Numbered from the stretch's first letter, positions 13,017 to 27,909 are shown. The stretch is 64,000 nt of DNA from Octopus bimaculoides (GCF_001194135.2 NC_068998.1:28897299-28961298), one strand, 5' to 3'. Notes: generated by a model not told the origin, from the sequence alone. Translations and numbers: made by a program.

Positions 13017-14744
13017 CTAAACATCTAAACATTGATGGAGATAGCCATAGCAACAACCTTTTAATCCTCCACTTTCTTTTCTCAACAACCATTAGCAGAT
13101 TCTCCTGGAGCCAGATCTTTGATGAAAGTAATAATAAGGTCTCTAAAATTAACAATATTACTGCACCTTCTTTTTATCGTTTAGTCTGGTGGAAAGGGTT
13201 CTCTGAGACCAGTGAAGGAAGGGGCAGAGGAAATTTCAAAGAGATGCAGGGTTGAGTGTAGGGTGTGAATTCTGAGGCAAGGCAGGATTAATGAAAAGAG
13301 GAGAAATAGGTATGCTGGATGAGTTTGAACATCAGTTCCATTAATGGTGCTGCAAATACCATTGGTGCGACCATCTTTAAAGAAAGTGCAAAAAAATCCT
13401 CTAAGCGCACTCATCATTATCATCTTCATCATCATTATCATCATCATCATCATCATCATCCTCATCATCATCCTCATTTCATTGTCTATTTTTCCACTAT
13501 TACAAGGCTTGGCTAGATTTACATATTTTCTTTGCACTTCATTGCGTAGCATCTAATTTGTGTAGCTAAAGTTTCTAGTATTTAGGATACTTTCTTCTTG
13601 GAAGGTTTTATTTGGCCTACGTCTATTTATGTATTCTCACAAGTACTCTCAATAGTTTTCTACTGAGCATATGTCAATCCATATTAATACATTTATTTCT
13701 CTTCTATTATTTCAATTGAATTGTACTCATCCAGTCATTCAAATTTTATATTCTTTTCATTAGCTATTCATTAGATTGTTCACAGTTTGTTCTTTTCAAA
13801 TGGCTTCAGGTAGTCTATTACAATGAATTAAAATTGACATGTATTGTAATATCTGTCATTTGTTGCTAATTGTTCTCACTTTTTTGTTGAAATCTGACAT
13901 ATCCAAGTTTTTAGATATGGAGCATTGAATTTATTTGAAATTGAACAAATAGTTTCATGATTTACAAAATATGCAAATGAATTAATTACCTAATGTAAGT
14001 CTGTAGTAATTTTCTCTCATATACTTCTCTATATTTTTGTAATGTTTGATAAGTGTTCATTTATATTACTTGATAATGAGAGTATCTTCTTTTCCAATCT
14101 GAATTAAGTAGAGTCTAGAGATATTTGCACATGCTATATGCAGGATTTGTACTGGAAGATCACAAAGGTGATCCATTAGCAATAGGGAATAAGTTTTAGG
14201 GGTGGGTAGAAAGTTAGAATTATCACTCCCCATGAAAAGGTAAAAAAATATAGTTATATTGAAATGTCATTAAAGGTTAGAATTCTGGTCTGATTTCATT
14301 CCTAATTTGTATAATTCTTCTTGATGCTTTTAAAATTTCTACAACTAACTGTGAAAGCTCTATTGCTTTCATTGGTATCATGTTTCTAACTGATTTTATT
14401 CAACATTTATTGAGTAATCTTTATAGCTGGATGTGAAACTGGTTCTCATATAAGTAGGCTCTCTTTACCTCATTCATATTCTGTATTCAGTAGCATCATA
14501 AGTTTATTTTTATCAAGTGAAACTCATATATCATTCTAGATATAATCTTAATTTCAAGTTAATCACTAGTGAATGATCCCCTCAAATTTAACCTGACTTA
14601 GGGGATCTCTCTTATGTTAAAATTCTGGACTAAACAGCTTTTAAATATAGAATTAATTATTTTGCGGATGGTTATATTATTTATTAGCATATATTTATTG
14701 TCAGGTTTACACAATTGATGAAAGTATTGGAGATCTATCAAAAA

Positions 14745-15071
14745 CAATGGTTCTCATCCGGGGTCCATTTAAGATTGTTGGTGGTCCACACAACAAAATA
14801 GTAAGTGAGGATCCACAATAGTATTTTAAGGGCCCCTGAAAAAACATTTGCTATAGATATATGTATTGGTATGTATTGCAAGAAACAGCTAGGTTTCTTT
14901 CTTTAACATTTTACATAGTTCAACCTACACAAGTTAATGTGCGAAAAACAAAATAGGAATTTTGAAAATTTCTATAAAACTAGTTTTAAACATTGAATGG
15001 CTACAGAGGTTCACCAGAATAAAATAATAATGAAAGGGGTCCATAGATAAAAAAATGGTTGAGAACCCCTG
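14745..15071. mobile_element. hAT (Charlie-like) MITE
   Basis: Termini CAATGGTTCTCATCC and GGTTGAGAACCCCTG are imperfect inverted repeats of the CAGGGGTTCTCAACC type. The 8-bp flanks ATCAAAAA and ATCTAAGG match at 5 of 8 positions. Confidence 0.75.
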
Positions 15072-16432
15072 ATCTAAGGATTGGTTACAAGATCTTTAAT
15101 GAAAGCAATTCTAATGTTTCCTCAATCAGCATTATTGTTGTACATATTTGATGGTTTTATAGGAGAAAAGAACAATGTCCATGACCTTTGCAGACTCTCT
15201 AAGACCATAAAAGGGAAGGGCAGGGGGAATTCCAGAGAAATGAAGGATTATGTTTAGGGATTAGTGTAAGAAGTGTGGTGTACGAAAGGAAGAGGGATGG
15301 ATGTGTTGGGGGATTAAGAACATCAGTCCCATCAATGTTACTAGTGCTGACCATCTTCCTCAAAATAAGTGAAAAGTGAAAATGATTACTGTCAAATTGC
15401 CAAAACACACTTTGATTGACATTACAACCCTTCAGATAATCAGATGAAAGCTCTTCCACTTGGATTTTTATCTCAAATTTGTTTTACAGCTGCAAATTAT
15501 TTGGGACTTGGAAATATGTTTACAAAGTTCAGAGTTATAAAATAATTTCTTTTGATAAAAAATGGAGCAAAATCTGCAACAGAGAAATATATAAATAGAC
15601 TGGATGTGTCATCTAATATATGTTACTGCATTTCTCGAGAGGAAATTGAATTCTATGTTTTACCTCATCTAATCAAATAGGAAACATGTACCAGATCTCT
15701 TGAAAGATCATTAAAATCAACTGGTTTTAGAATTTATTAATAGAATCTACAAAAGCAGTTATCTAAGGGCCAATATATAGAGCTAAATAATTGTTCAATG
15801 GAACTTTATGTGACATTCATACCTTATGTGCATATATTGTTGACAACAATCTGTCATGTTTTGAATCCAGACCAATAAAGCATCATTTAGCTAAAAATAC
15901 ACAGTTTAGTACATTACATTCTTTACTGGTCAGAAAGTACAAAATTGTCCACTAATCTAAATTCAAATACAAATTTTATCAATTTTTACATGACCTATTT
16001 TATTGTAACACTTTAGCAACAAATTTTACTAAAGCTGTAAAAAGAAATTGTTGCAAATTAAGGTTTTGGCCCAGGCCTTGCCTAACATAATATTGCTACC
16101 TGATGAACTTAGTGGCACCATGAATATTAAGATGTTTTCTGGTAGGTTTATTCTAAAGTGAATATGAATGCGGAAATGATTTACTCTTCAGTATATACCT
16201 CTTGGAAATACATCACTCTCAGCCATGTGTCTATTAGTAAATAGGTTACTAATGGAGTAGAACTTATCCAGTACTTGTCAGCAACACATCTCTGAACAGT
16301 ATGTTGTACATTTATAATACTGCTTCTTTGTCATCATACTTGAAATACCTGAAATACTTGTTAATATTTATTGATTCTTTAAAATCAATCTACCTACATT
16401 GATTGTTTAATTGTAAAGTATGAATGTTCATC

Positions 16433-16474
16433 TATATCTATCTGTGTGTGTGTATGTATATGTATGTATGTATG

Positions 16475-16508
<34 letters not shown>

Positions 16509-16554
16509 TGTATGTACGTACGTATGTACGCATGCATGTACGTACGTACGTATG

Positions 16555-16583
<29 letters not shown>
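16433..16583. repeat. (GTAT)n/(GTAC)n alternating purine-pyrimidine microsatellite
   Basis: Seen directly. Confidence 0.95.
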
Positions 16584-16587
<4 letters not shown>

Positions 16588-17699
16588 GTTGTGTATAACT
16601 TAGACATGAATTATATATCCAGTCACAATTTATTATACTTTTTGAGAAGATAATTATAAAATCTTAATGTAAAAAAATGTTTATTAATTACAATAACATT
16701 AGTAGTTGATTTAAAGCTTAGATATTCCATTTGTATCCCTGATACCCACATTATCTTGTATGGCTTCCAAATTATTCAAAATTTCTCTTCATTTCACCCT
16801 TTACCTCAAGTCTTGCTTCTTATTGAACTGACTCTTGTTTATACAGTGCACTACTACTTGTTTCTTTGAATATTAGTGGCTAAATCTCATTGCTATAGTT
16901 ACTCTTTGCTTTTGCATGATGATATTTTATTCTTATAAGTGGAGACTTGGTGAATATTTGCTTTTTACAGAAAACATCAAAAAAAGGTTGGTATTTTGTT
17001 CGAGAAGCAATATTAATGAGGTGTATGTAATCACAGATTAACAATTGCTATGAACTTCTTGTTTATCAGTATTATTATATTGCAGCAGTTGGATGTCACA
17101 GCCTACATATCAATGCCATGCACTATATGTATCTGCACTTGTTATTGAGGTTTGCAGTTTGATTCTTGTTTTGAATTTTTTAGTTCTAAATATTCAGCCT
17201 TGTTAAAGCCAAAATACTACATGTGTTTATTTTCCATAATGTCATATTGTTTACTTCTTAGATGTGTTCTGAAATGACAATGTTTCAAGGAAACTAAAAG
17301 TTAATTCTTTCAGTTTCTTAATATATGATATTCTATGATACAAACTTAGCAAACAATGACCATAAGTGATCAAATGGTATGGAACCACCATCCTCAAGGT
17401 GTAACTAACCTAGGTTCTTATTAGTACTTTCAAACAATATTTTAACATATTCAAATAATGTGCATAGCAGTTCTTTAATAGTTATATATACTGTTGTCAG
17501 ATATATGTTATGAGTTGATTGCAATTGTTAAGATGAATGTTATGTTAATAACACTCAAATTAAGCCAGTCACAATAGATGTAATTCCATTCAAAATAATA
17601 TCTTGTACTGAGCTTCACTCTTCAGCACTAATACTCTTTTCTTCTTATCCTATGATAAAACTGTAAATACATGCATAACTGTGTATAAATAGCACAAAA

Positions 17700-18100
17700 A
17701 ATCTGAGCAGAAAAAATATTTTACAAGACCATTACCTGTTTGTCTCAGAAAAAGATTATGCAGACATCTCACAAAACTAAAGCAAACAGTGCAATTACCA
17801 ACTTAGAACAATCCCAGTATCATTTTCAATGACAAAACTTACAATTAATACCAAGTGACTCTAATATCATGATAAATTCTGCTGAAAAGCTGAGAAATTA
17901 GCCTACTTAGCTATTGAATTAAAATAAATATGGAATATAAAGAATGCATTCATCATTATAGTTCTAATTAGTACGAATGGAATGGTTTACAATCAGTTAT
18001 GTAAAGTTATCAACAAGTTAACAATAAGTATATTTACAAATTCCAAAAATAGCAATGTTATCAGAGCATTCACTCAAACCATTTGTTCATCATGAAAATT
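17700..18100 (+). mobile_element. Highly decayed R4/Dong-type LINE 3' end (restriction-like endonuclease region)
   Basis: Around 17880-17990 the + strand reads AEKLRN*/AYLAIELK*IWNIKNAFIIIVLISTNGMV, resembling the EKxxKYxxLAxELxxxW...IVPxVIxxxG motif. Confidence 0.5.
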
Positions 18101-19449
18101 TGTATGCACATCTTATTAGATGTACTTTATTCTTTGTGATATAAGAAATAGAAGATATTCTCCAAGCATATGCTAATAATGATGATGTTTTCTTGAGTTG
18201 GTGCCAACTTATAAACCAATAATGCTAAGTGGCTTATTTTGTGCTTTTTATATTGGTTTTATGTTTTGTAAAATAAGATTACATAGTAAAAAGGAGTGAC
18301 AGGCAGAAAAGAATGCTGAACTAAATTCCTTGCAGTACCCATTAGATAAGCCTCTGAGTTCAAATCATTGCTGTTCAAATTGGTGGATTTTTGCCAAAGA
18401 TTGAAATCAGTATGATAAAATGAATTAAAATTGTATCATACATGTAATACAAGCCAGCTTTGGATCTAACTAGAATGCGTTATACCACACCTGTTATGGG
18501 TGTCACTGTCCCATTGTACCACTTCAAGAGGATATCTGAAAGTTCTACCCACTCAAACACTGTGAGTCAAGCGAAACATAGTTTTCTGCAGAAAGTGGAA
18601 ATAAATCTTTGTAAGTCTTCCACTTGGCCAGGATTTGAAAGAGTTACTGGGAACTAACCAACAAAAAATCGTGCATCAGTATTTCACCAGAAAACAAGGA
18701 TTTCTACTCATGACAAAGCCAACTGATCTAGATTGTATTATGACAGACAATATTTATTTTACCCTGTTCATCCTGGATTATGGTGCTGCTGTTCTAGTTT
18801 TCTCCCTCTGTGAGGTATTAGAGACAACATGCAAACTGTGCATAGAGAGGTTGTCAATGATCTTTTTTTGTGCTCCGTATAGCATCCATATATCCTATTG
18901 TAATAATAGAAATAGCAACATGTAGCTATTCAATTAGGTCTTTAGCTGATCACCATGAATGTGCTGTAAACAAAACAGCCTGATGCTGTTAACAACAAGC
19001 ATAGTACTGATGCTTTTGATGAAAGATGAATAATTGATATCTAATGTCCTGCTGGCAGAAATGTTCCTTTAATGAGACTGAAGACTATAAAACCCAAGAG
19101 AGCACAAGAGACCATAAAGTTAGAGGAGTGCAAGAGATAATGAAGGGCATGCATTCAAACAATTATCTGGCCATTCAACAAGTGCTCAGTTAGGTAGAGT
19201 CTAAATGGAAATCTCTCTCTCTCTCTCTCTCTCAAGAGGAGAAAATAGGGAGACATAAACAATATTAAAAATAAGTAGCAGTACTATTCAGTTAATTTTC
19301 ATTTTTTTAAAACTTTTTCTATGTATATATATANNNNNNNNNNNNNNNNNNNNNNNNNNNNNNNNNNNNNNNNNNNNNNNNNNNNNNNNNNNNNNNNNNN
19401 NNNNNNNNNNNNNNNNNNNNNNNNNNNNNNNNNNNNNNNNNNNNNNNNN

Positions 19450-19482
<33 letters not shown>

Positions 19483-19489
19483 CAGTATA

Positions 19490-20300
19490 TGCCACACTAA
19501 AAAACTAAGAGTGTACAACAACACACTTGAAAGGTAAACATTCAAGATAAAAACTGCCAAGACAAAAGACATTAATATAATAAACACTTTCCTAAACACC
19601 ATCATCAGAAAAGACTTTAATGCACACAGCTCATCCAAGAAGAAACAAAATGCAGATAACATTTAAGGAGACAAATTGCAACATACTGAAAACCCCACAC
19701 CAACAGACACTTACCTTGCTAAGATAACTGCAACAGCTTCTTGCCAGATACCAGACTCTACTCCATGACTACATGGTAAACTTTCTCTAACCTTCTTTTT
19801 CCTCTGACCACTACCCATCATAATTATTAGCACTAAGACAATGAGGAACAAAACCACTTTTACAAACTTCAAAAAACCCAATGAAACCAGTAACAGTTTT
19901 CAAAATCCAACATTACTACAGTCACCAACATAGATACTGCAATAGAAAAATCCAGAAAAAGAAATTGTCATCCCATAAAACAATATTATAAATGCCATCT
20001 CATTTTCCAACATAAACAATAAAATGAACAGTAAAATTCTACTGCACAAACAATTGCTACAAAACACCCTTAAGAACCAATACAAAATGTTAACTAGCAA
20101 ATTATCATTCAAATCATCAAGCTTGTGTAACGTACAAAAACAACACTAACAATTTTCCCTACCCGAGTGCCTATATCTATATAACCTTTCCAGACAAACA
20201 GAGTACCTATACCTATATGATCTTGAAAACATCCATATAACCTCATATGCAAATTAAATAAACTCCAAAACACATGGACACAGCTGAATTAGGTATTTGG
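19490..20300 (+). mobile_element. Decayed LINE, APE endonuclease region (I/Jockey-like)
   Basis: Translated fragments TIIRKDFNAHS, SSDH-PIII and TTFTNFKK match APE motifs GDFNAH, SDH and NFxKAxW. Frameshifted. Confidence 0.6.
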
Positions 20301-23140
20301 TGAAAACTTGCATTAAATACAATTGCTAAAATACCTATGAATTAGGATTAAAGATTCAGTTTGCCAGACTCTTAATGATCTTTGAACTGAGCAGCATACA
20401 AAAAATTATTCTGTAATAATTCTCCCTAACACATACGAATCCCTGATCTCGCTGATTTGTTCTTCAGTTTCAATGTTATTTCATGGGTATTGATCATCAG
20501 CTTAGTAATAATAGCAAAAACTTTTGTTTTTGTTTACAACAAAATCTAATGTTAGCAAAGGATAACAGCTGTTTTCAGTTTAATACTATGACTACTGAAG
20601 GCATTGGCACTTTCACTGACCAATACTTTACCTGTTGTTTCTCTTATAGGCACAGAGTATAATTTGTTTGTATCTAACTGGACTCAGCTATCTTTCTACA
20701 TCACTTTTATTTTGTGGATGATTTATCAGTCATTTTCAGTTATTTTCTTCTTTCAGATATTTTGCATATAAGTAAAAAGTATGATGACTCATTTTGGAGA
20801 TTTATTAGAAATCATTTGCTAAGACTTGTATATATTTCACTAATGTATGATATTTTACTATGTTTGCAATCATTTGTGTAGACCAGTGAATGCAAGTAAA
20901 TATTCCCTTCTCTTCATGTGCCATATCTGTTTTAGAGATTTCAGCAGTCATGACTTCGTTGCTAAGATTTGAAGGTGCATGATTTTTCCTAGGAAAAGAC
21001 ATAGCAGTGGTTTTTGGTTTCCTTCCACTAGTCTATCTATGTTTTACTCTACTAGTTTCCTGTTCTTTTGAACTCACCCTTGAAGCACTGAGCCTATTAG
21101 CCCTTAGGCAGAGGGACTGATTTGTGTAATATCAGGACATGTCCACATACAGACAATGGTGGACCTGTGTGACACCGACCAAAGCTCAGCCTTCCATACC
21201 TTAGCCACAAGGACCATCTTCTGCAAGTTGACTTGTAACTAGGATCCTTGATAGGTATTATTATCATGGATCTATTTTGACCCAAAAGTATTGGTGATTG
21301 AGGAGTAACTCCATAATCTTCAAAACTCCCGAATTCCCAGGCTGGAGTCCCATTGCTGGATGCAGTTTAATGTTTTGCTCAGGACATAAAATACCATATT
21401 ATCTATTTTTGTCTGAGTCTTCTTGATATAGAATTTTGATATCTTATTCTTCTAATTTAGTTTCTGAATGTCTTAAAGAGATGCACTACTGTTCAAAGAG
21501 TTGAATATGTTGCTGTTGCTTTTAATAGTAATATATTTCCTATCATTAAATAAGCTGTAACAAAATCTCTTGGAAACTGCAATACAAGTGAAATATGAAT
21601 ATCAACTATTCTAGAGTTTTTACATGATTGAAATAATGTGATAGAACTTGCACCAACCAAATTTTAGTACAGTTTTAATTCAAATAGAATATTGATCAAT
21701 TTTCATACTTTAAACATTAATTGCATCAATACCATTGATCTTGAAGTGACTACAAAAGCTATATGCATGGCCTATTCCTCCCGATAAAACCAATTAAAAT
21801 AGATAAATAAAAAGTAACAGTACAATAATGAAATAGAATCAAGAAAATTTTGTCAGAAAGCTAGCAAAAATGAATCTGTCATACTTTTACAAAATTACTT
21901 CGAAGAAGTTACTACTCTCCATTTGTACACAATGTACACTCACAAAATATCTGCAGTTAGAGAGTTTAAAAGTTGGACAAATGTTGAACTTGGTCAAATT
22001 TTCATTAAACATGTTAATCTTTCATTCAGTCAAGTGTATCCATATGAACTCTGTTTCTTCTTAATAACAAAGATCCCTTGGTCTTCCTTTGTTCTTGTTT
22101 TTATTCATTCTGTTTAATCCCTGATTTATATTCTTAATTCATTCTTCTAACATCTCTCTTTTATCATATGTTGTTTGTCTTGGCTTTCTGTTGTAAATTT
22201 CCAGCAACCACAATATTTTATGCCTTTTGCTATTGCCTTGTCAACAATGTACATTGCATCATGCATGGTTGATTACAGAAGTATCTAGAAGAGAAATAGG
22301 AAAACCAGGTATAAGGTTGGCTAGAAAAGTCAACTGCAAAAAGAAACAGAGAAAGTTGAGACTATGGAGTATCAACATATTTTGAAATTAGATATTGCAA
22401 AATAAAACTAATTAAAACAATGAAATTTTGGGAAAAATGACTTAAATCTATTTTTTACTTTCTTTCTGCTTAAAATTTCTTTTTTATTAGTTATAGTATT
22501 CTTGTCTTTACACATGAATTAGTCAGTAACTTAGTATAGCATTGCATATCAGTTATAGTACCAAGGGAAAATATTTCATACAATTCTGCATACTAAATAC
22601 AAATACAATAAATAGGGTCTCACATATGTAACATAATGGTTAAAAAGTTTACCTTTATTTCTTTGTATATTGATCACCTCTGCATCTTGCTGACTAATCT
22701 AAATATGCTTTACTGGGGGAGATATTATTTGCTGTTTTTAGATTTTAAACACCTCTAGAGCTAGATTTTCATTTGTTATTGCATGAATTTTCTCAATTAA
22801 TCAAAGCTTTTCAACTCATTATGTTACTTATGTGAGACCATATAGCATATGAGATTTAAAGTAAAATAAAATAGTGGAAAAAAGTGAATTTTAGTAAATA
22901 ATTGATGCAGAAAAATTGGCAGGCACTGTATAGGTTTATATAATATGTAGTTTAACCTGTCATGCTGTGCATACTGAGAAACTGACTAATTATTGTGGGG
23001 ATGTAAAAGGAGTAGAGCTGAAGAAAATAGAAAAAGAAACAAATAATAAATTAAAATGAGCCTGTTTTCACTTTTCCATTTTAAATTTGTGTTTATAATT
23101 TCATATAGGCATAATCTGTATAGCATGTGTGTGTGTGAGC

Positions 23141-23171
<31 letters not shown>

Positions 23172-23283
23172 GGAGAGATGTGCAGCATCATCAACAGCTA
23201 CATGACAATACAGGTCCTTGTTCTGATTCTATTCCTGAGATATTAAAATGATAGTAGATGAAAGATGGCAATAGAGATAGTTC

Positions 23284-23394
<111 letters not shown>

Positions 23395-23764
23395 ACAGTA
23401 AAGTGAATTGTATTGAACGAGGGTGGTCTTATGCAGTTTCCTGTGTATAGGTTCACTAAAGGACAAGTGAGCAGAGTGATGAGGTAAGTGCAATCAACAC
23501 AGGTGGTTGGGAGATGAAAGATGTGGTGGTGGGGTTATGAATGCTAAAGAGGGAGGCAAGAAGAGGGGAGTAAGCTATAGGTAGATAGGAGAGGGTGTCA
23601 AAAATCTAAGATGAGGGAAATGCAAATGCAGCCCTGACAAATACTGCAGCCTCTAATTACTACCCTTGAGTCAGAGTGCATGTTGTTATGGGTGGACAGG
23701 TCTTCAGCACTGCATAACATCAATCAGTATGGTCCTTTGTGAGACGCAACATTTTCAGCTCATG

Positions 23765-25265
23765 CTTTACCACCTAGTCCCATGTCTTCCTCAGTCTCTC
23801 TCTCTTTCATGATTTCACTAATTTGGAGTGCACAACACTTCGTTATGCGGTAATTGTTCTCCATATGCATCACATGCTCCAGCATTTTCTTTTGTACACA
23901 ATATCTGATTCTTTGCATACACAGTTTTTCTCTCAGTTCTTTTGTATTCTGGCAAAATTAACATTATGCATCTATTCAAGCATCATTTCTTTATAGCATT
24001 TGAATATTTCCCACATTCAAAATCCATATCTTATTATCATAGTTCCAGTACAAATACCAAATAATCTACCTTTCACTCTGAGGGCAAAGGTCTATATTTC
24101 TACCAGAGGTGGTAGCTCCCTGAACATTCTCCAATCTGTTCTTATCTTGACTACTATATTTTTGGAACAACCACCTCCCTTGTTAATTATGCCAACTAGG
24201 TAACATAAGCCATTGATTACTTCTAGTAGGCTATTCAGGAATTTAAGAGAGTTTACCTCTTGTGTGCTCTTTGTGCATATTGCACTAAGAAGAGTCTAAG
24301 AGCACACAGTATCTACCACATACAAAGTTTGTGAGTCCATAGTTTATACTGGATTAAGCATACAGGGTTTATACTTACACTTTTCTGCATATTGAGCAAA
24401 GCTGTTTCCCCGATGACACCATGATATTGTCTTCTTTCCTACTTACAAATACCTTAGTCTTTGCTAAGTTGATCCTAAGTCCTCTTTCTGCTAGGTTTCA
24501 CTATAGTGGAATTTCTTCTCTACTTCTACTATAGATTCGGCTATAAAAACTAGATCACCCACCTATTGAAATTCCCATAGACAGTCTCTGTGATCACCTG
24601 TAGGACTATAATAAATTTGAAAGGGATGAGAACTGAACCTTAATTAGCTTCTATTTTTAAGCTAAATTATTTGCTGAGTTCATCGTTGGCTTTTACTGCA
24701 TGATTGACTGCACCTTTGGACATAGCTTGAAATCTTTACAAACCATGTGTCTACCTAATTTCCTTAGCACCCAGCAAATTACAGAGTGTGGCACTCTGTC
24801 AGAGACCTACTCCAAGTCAATGAATGTTAGGTATAGTGGTTTATTTTTAATCAAATGTTACTAGGAAAATTGCATCTGTTGCCACTTTGCAGGCATGAAA
24901 CCAGATTGCATTTCATCTGAACTAATTCTGTTTTTGATCAGCTGTGCCTTGACTCTCTCTTTAACTTTTGTAACCTGATCGAACAATTTAGAGCCTCTAT
25001 AATTTTCCATCTGAAAAGCATTTCCCATGCCCTTGTATCTATTTACAATGACACTGCTTTGTCAGTCATAGGATATGACATCTTCCTGTATTACCTGATT
25101 AATTATTCAGATAACTATCATGTATCACAACTTGCCAGATATTCTGAGTGTCACAGTGACTAACCTTGATGGGCCAGCAGTTTTGTCTACTTTCATATCC
25201 TTAATAACTTTATCTACCCAAAGTACTTGAAATCACTGACCACTTTGAGCTGTATGCCACAATGA
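23765..25265 (-). mobile_element. Decayed RTE-clade LINE (BovB-like reverse transcriptase and C-terminus)
   Basis: Minus strand fragments include VIVNRYKGMGNAFQMENYRGSKLFDQVTKV, DEMQSGFMP, LYLTFIDLE*VSDRVPHSVICWVLRKLG and a C-terminal HVMHM...RKTW remnant. Confidence 0.85.
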
Positions 25266-25379
25266 AAACAAATTGGCAGGTAACTTTCATTTTCATTGAT
25301 AGTTATGTATACAGTCTCAAGAAACAAACTGACTTTAGTTGCAGCATTCTCAAAGGGCTAACAAGTTTTTCACATCACA

Positions 25380-26095
25380 CTGTTGATGAATTGTGAGTGC
25401 AAGGTCATAAGCATTGTCAGGATCAAAGAGATACAGGTTCTGCTGTTGTCTTCATTTCTTCTCCTTGATGGAAGCCATTTGTCAAGGATGGGGATGAAGG
25501 CTTTGCTTAAGGATGCAATCCACTACAATCACAAAGAGAAAAGTAACTCTCATGTCTCCCTGAAGGATTCCTATGTTATTGGACATTCTTTAGTTGAATC
25601 ATTTGTGTTCTGCACAAAGCTTAGTGGGTTCCCATACCGATGGTGATGGCTTTGACAATCTCATCTAGAATATTGTAGTAATATGGCCTTTCTGTATCAA
25701 TTACTTTAGAGAAAGTCACAAATGTGATTGATGCCTTTTGCTTGAAGATTCTTGGTACTTCTATAGCTTTTCTAAAGGAAAGGACCTGTGGTAATGTTGA
25801 TTTGTTTTTGCAGGAGCTGTTTTGGTTCTGTTGAAGATAAGACTAGTACTGGGGAAAATTCTATTAAGGAGTATTAAATTGTAGATTTTGGTGGGTTAGA
25901 GAGGAGATTATAATTCTGTTGCAGTTCTGAAGACTCCTTTCTTTAGAAGTGGAATAATTAAAGACTTCAAGAAAGCCTTTAGTGTTTTTTTTATAGATCT
26001 TGTTACAAAAGTCCAACAGGTATTTGTGAATGAGAGGATTCTTTCAGATAATGGCTTGGATCTTATCTGGACTTGATATTTTGTTGTTTCATTGA
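25380..26095 (-). mobile_element. Decayed RTE-clade LINE of a second family (RTE-1-like reverse transcriptase core)
   Basis: Minus strand fragments include PDKIQAII*KNPLIHKYLLDFCNKI, KIYNLILLNRI, ITFVTFSKVID, GILQGDMRVTFLFVIVVDCIL and DPDNAYDLAL (decayed YADD). Confidence 0.8.
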
Positions 26096-26194
26096 TTTTT
26101 AGTATTTAAAAAGCCAGGGCATGTATATAGAAAATTTTTTTTCTATGAAGCTGAAACCTGAACTATAAAGAAGGAGTTTCAAGAGTGCATTGAT

Positions 26195-26225
<31 letters not shown>

Positions 26226-26589
26226 NNNNNNNNNNNNNNNNNNNNNNNNNNNNNNNNNNNNNNNNNNNNNNNNNNNNNNNNNNNNNNNNNNNNNNNNNNN
26301 NNNNNNNNNNNNNNNNNNNNNNNNNNNNNNNNNNNNNNNNNNNNNNNNNNNNNNNNNNNNNNNNNNNNNNNNNNNNNNNNNNNNNNNNNNNNNNNNNNNN
26401 NNNNNNNNNNNNNNNNNNNNNNNATCAGATGTTATATTTTGGAGACTTCTGCACTCTAATAGAGGATGGGGACCATTTAGTCACACAAAACATGCAACTG
26501 AGGATCCACCAAAGCTAACAGTGGTGGTAGTGGTAGGGACAGAGGTTTCTGGTGCAGCATTGTGAGATATATCTCAATTGTGTTCGCTT

Positions 26590-26672
<83 letters not shown>

Positions 26673-27909
26673 TGATAAGCCATGTCTTTCATTTGTCATA
26701 ATGTTAGTAGGTCTGTAATAGGTAATAAGGCAATCATTTGACAACCACAATGTCAATGATTGTTTTATGTCTTCAGCTCTGATGTCTCTTACCATAACTA
26801 CATGCCATTGTTTCTATGATAATATAACAAAATATTTCTTTTACTGTTCAACTTGTTATTCATTGTCCTTTTCACCTCTTTTTGACATTTTATTTCTCTA
26901 AAATATTCTTTTGTGTGTACTTGAGCTATATTTAACAATATTATCTTTGTGCAATTTAGATATTGAATAGTTCAAGAAGTGTCTATACAAAGCTGCATTG
27001 TTCTGTGAAATATTCCATGCCACTAATGTATCCATATCACTAATGTACTGTTTCATTCATTCTGGGAGAAAATACCTGAGCTATAAGAATGATATTTACT
27101 TCTTTATAAAGTCTATCATTGTGTGAGACTGTAGCAGAAACTATTAAATATGTCTATCTGTTTTGTCATATAAATGTCTTCTTGAAACAAATGATGTTAG
27201 AATTATATGTTTTGAGGACACACTTAGCTATTTGTTGACTACAATACGACCAAACCAGCAAAATTTTGATATCTTTAGTGAAAGGCAAAAAAATAACGAG
27301 ACAAATTTGTATTTTGAAAACTGGTGAAATTCAAAGACATTCATGAAATGTGATTAAAATGGAGATGCAAAGTATTATCAAAATAGGAAATCTGAGAGAA
27401 AATCACTCTTCTTCCTAATTTTTTTTTATCTCTTTATTGAATTGGTGCAGGAATACCTGCTGCTTTTATTGTCTATTCTAACTGAACAACAGTTTTTTGT
27501 TAACTTAGTAACTGGAAATTACCAAATTATTTTTATTGCTTTGGAGTATATATGATATGGCTGTGTGAATCTATTCAAAGAGAGTTTGAAAGTTTTCACT
27601 GTGTATTTCATGAGTAGCTCTATGTATATATTATCTTGAAATACGTCTGTATTTTAAAGTTGTCGAATGAGACTAGTTTGTAATGTCTGCATTGCAGGAT
27701 TTTTCTGAGGTCTGTATTTTAGAATCACTCCATATCTGGTTTAAAGTGTCTAGGTTGCCTGTGAATGGTACCTTTTAGAAAAAAGTTAAGGAGAAATAAA
27801 ATAAAGAAGAACAGATTATTGTACAGAAGAATGAAAATGAGAAACATAATGCTGAGACATACCTGAGTTGATAGAATGGTGAATTAAAAGTGTACCATTG
27901 AGAGATGCA

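Noticed and set aside
12845-13552. Proline/serine/histidine-rich ORFs on both strands
   Set aside because: They are open only because of trinucleotide repeats, and have no convincing splice signals or domain.
19718-19800. Strong minus-strand donor AAG|GTAAGT with an open upstream frame
   Set aside because: It lies inside the plus-strand decayed LINE endonuclease fragment.
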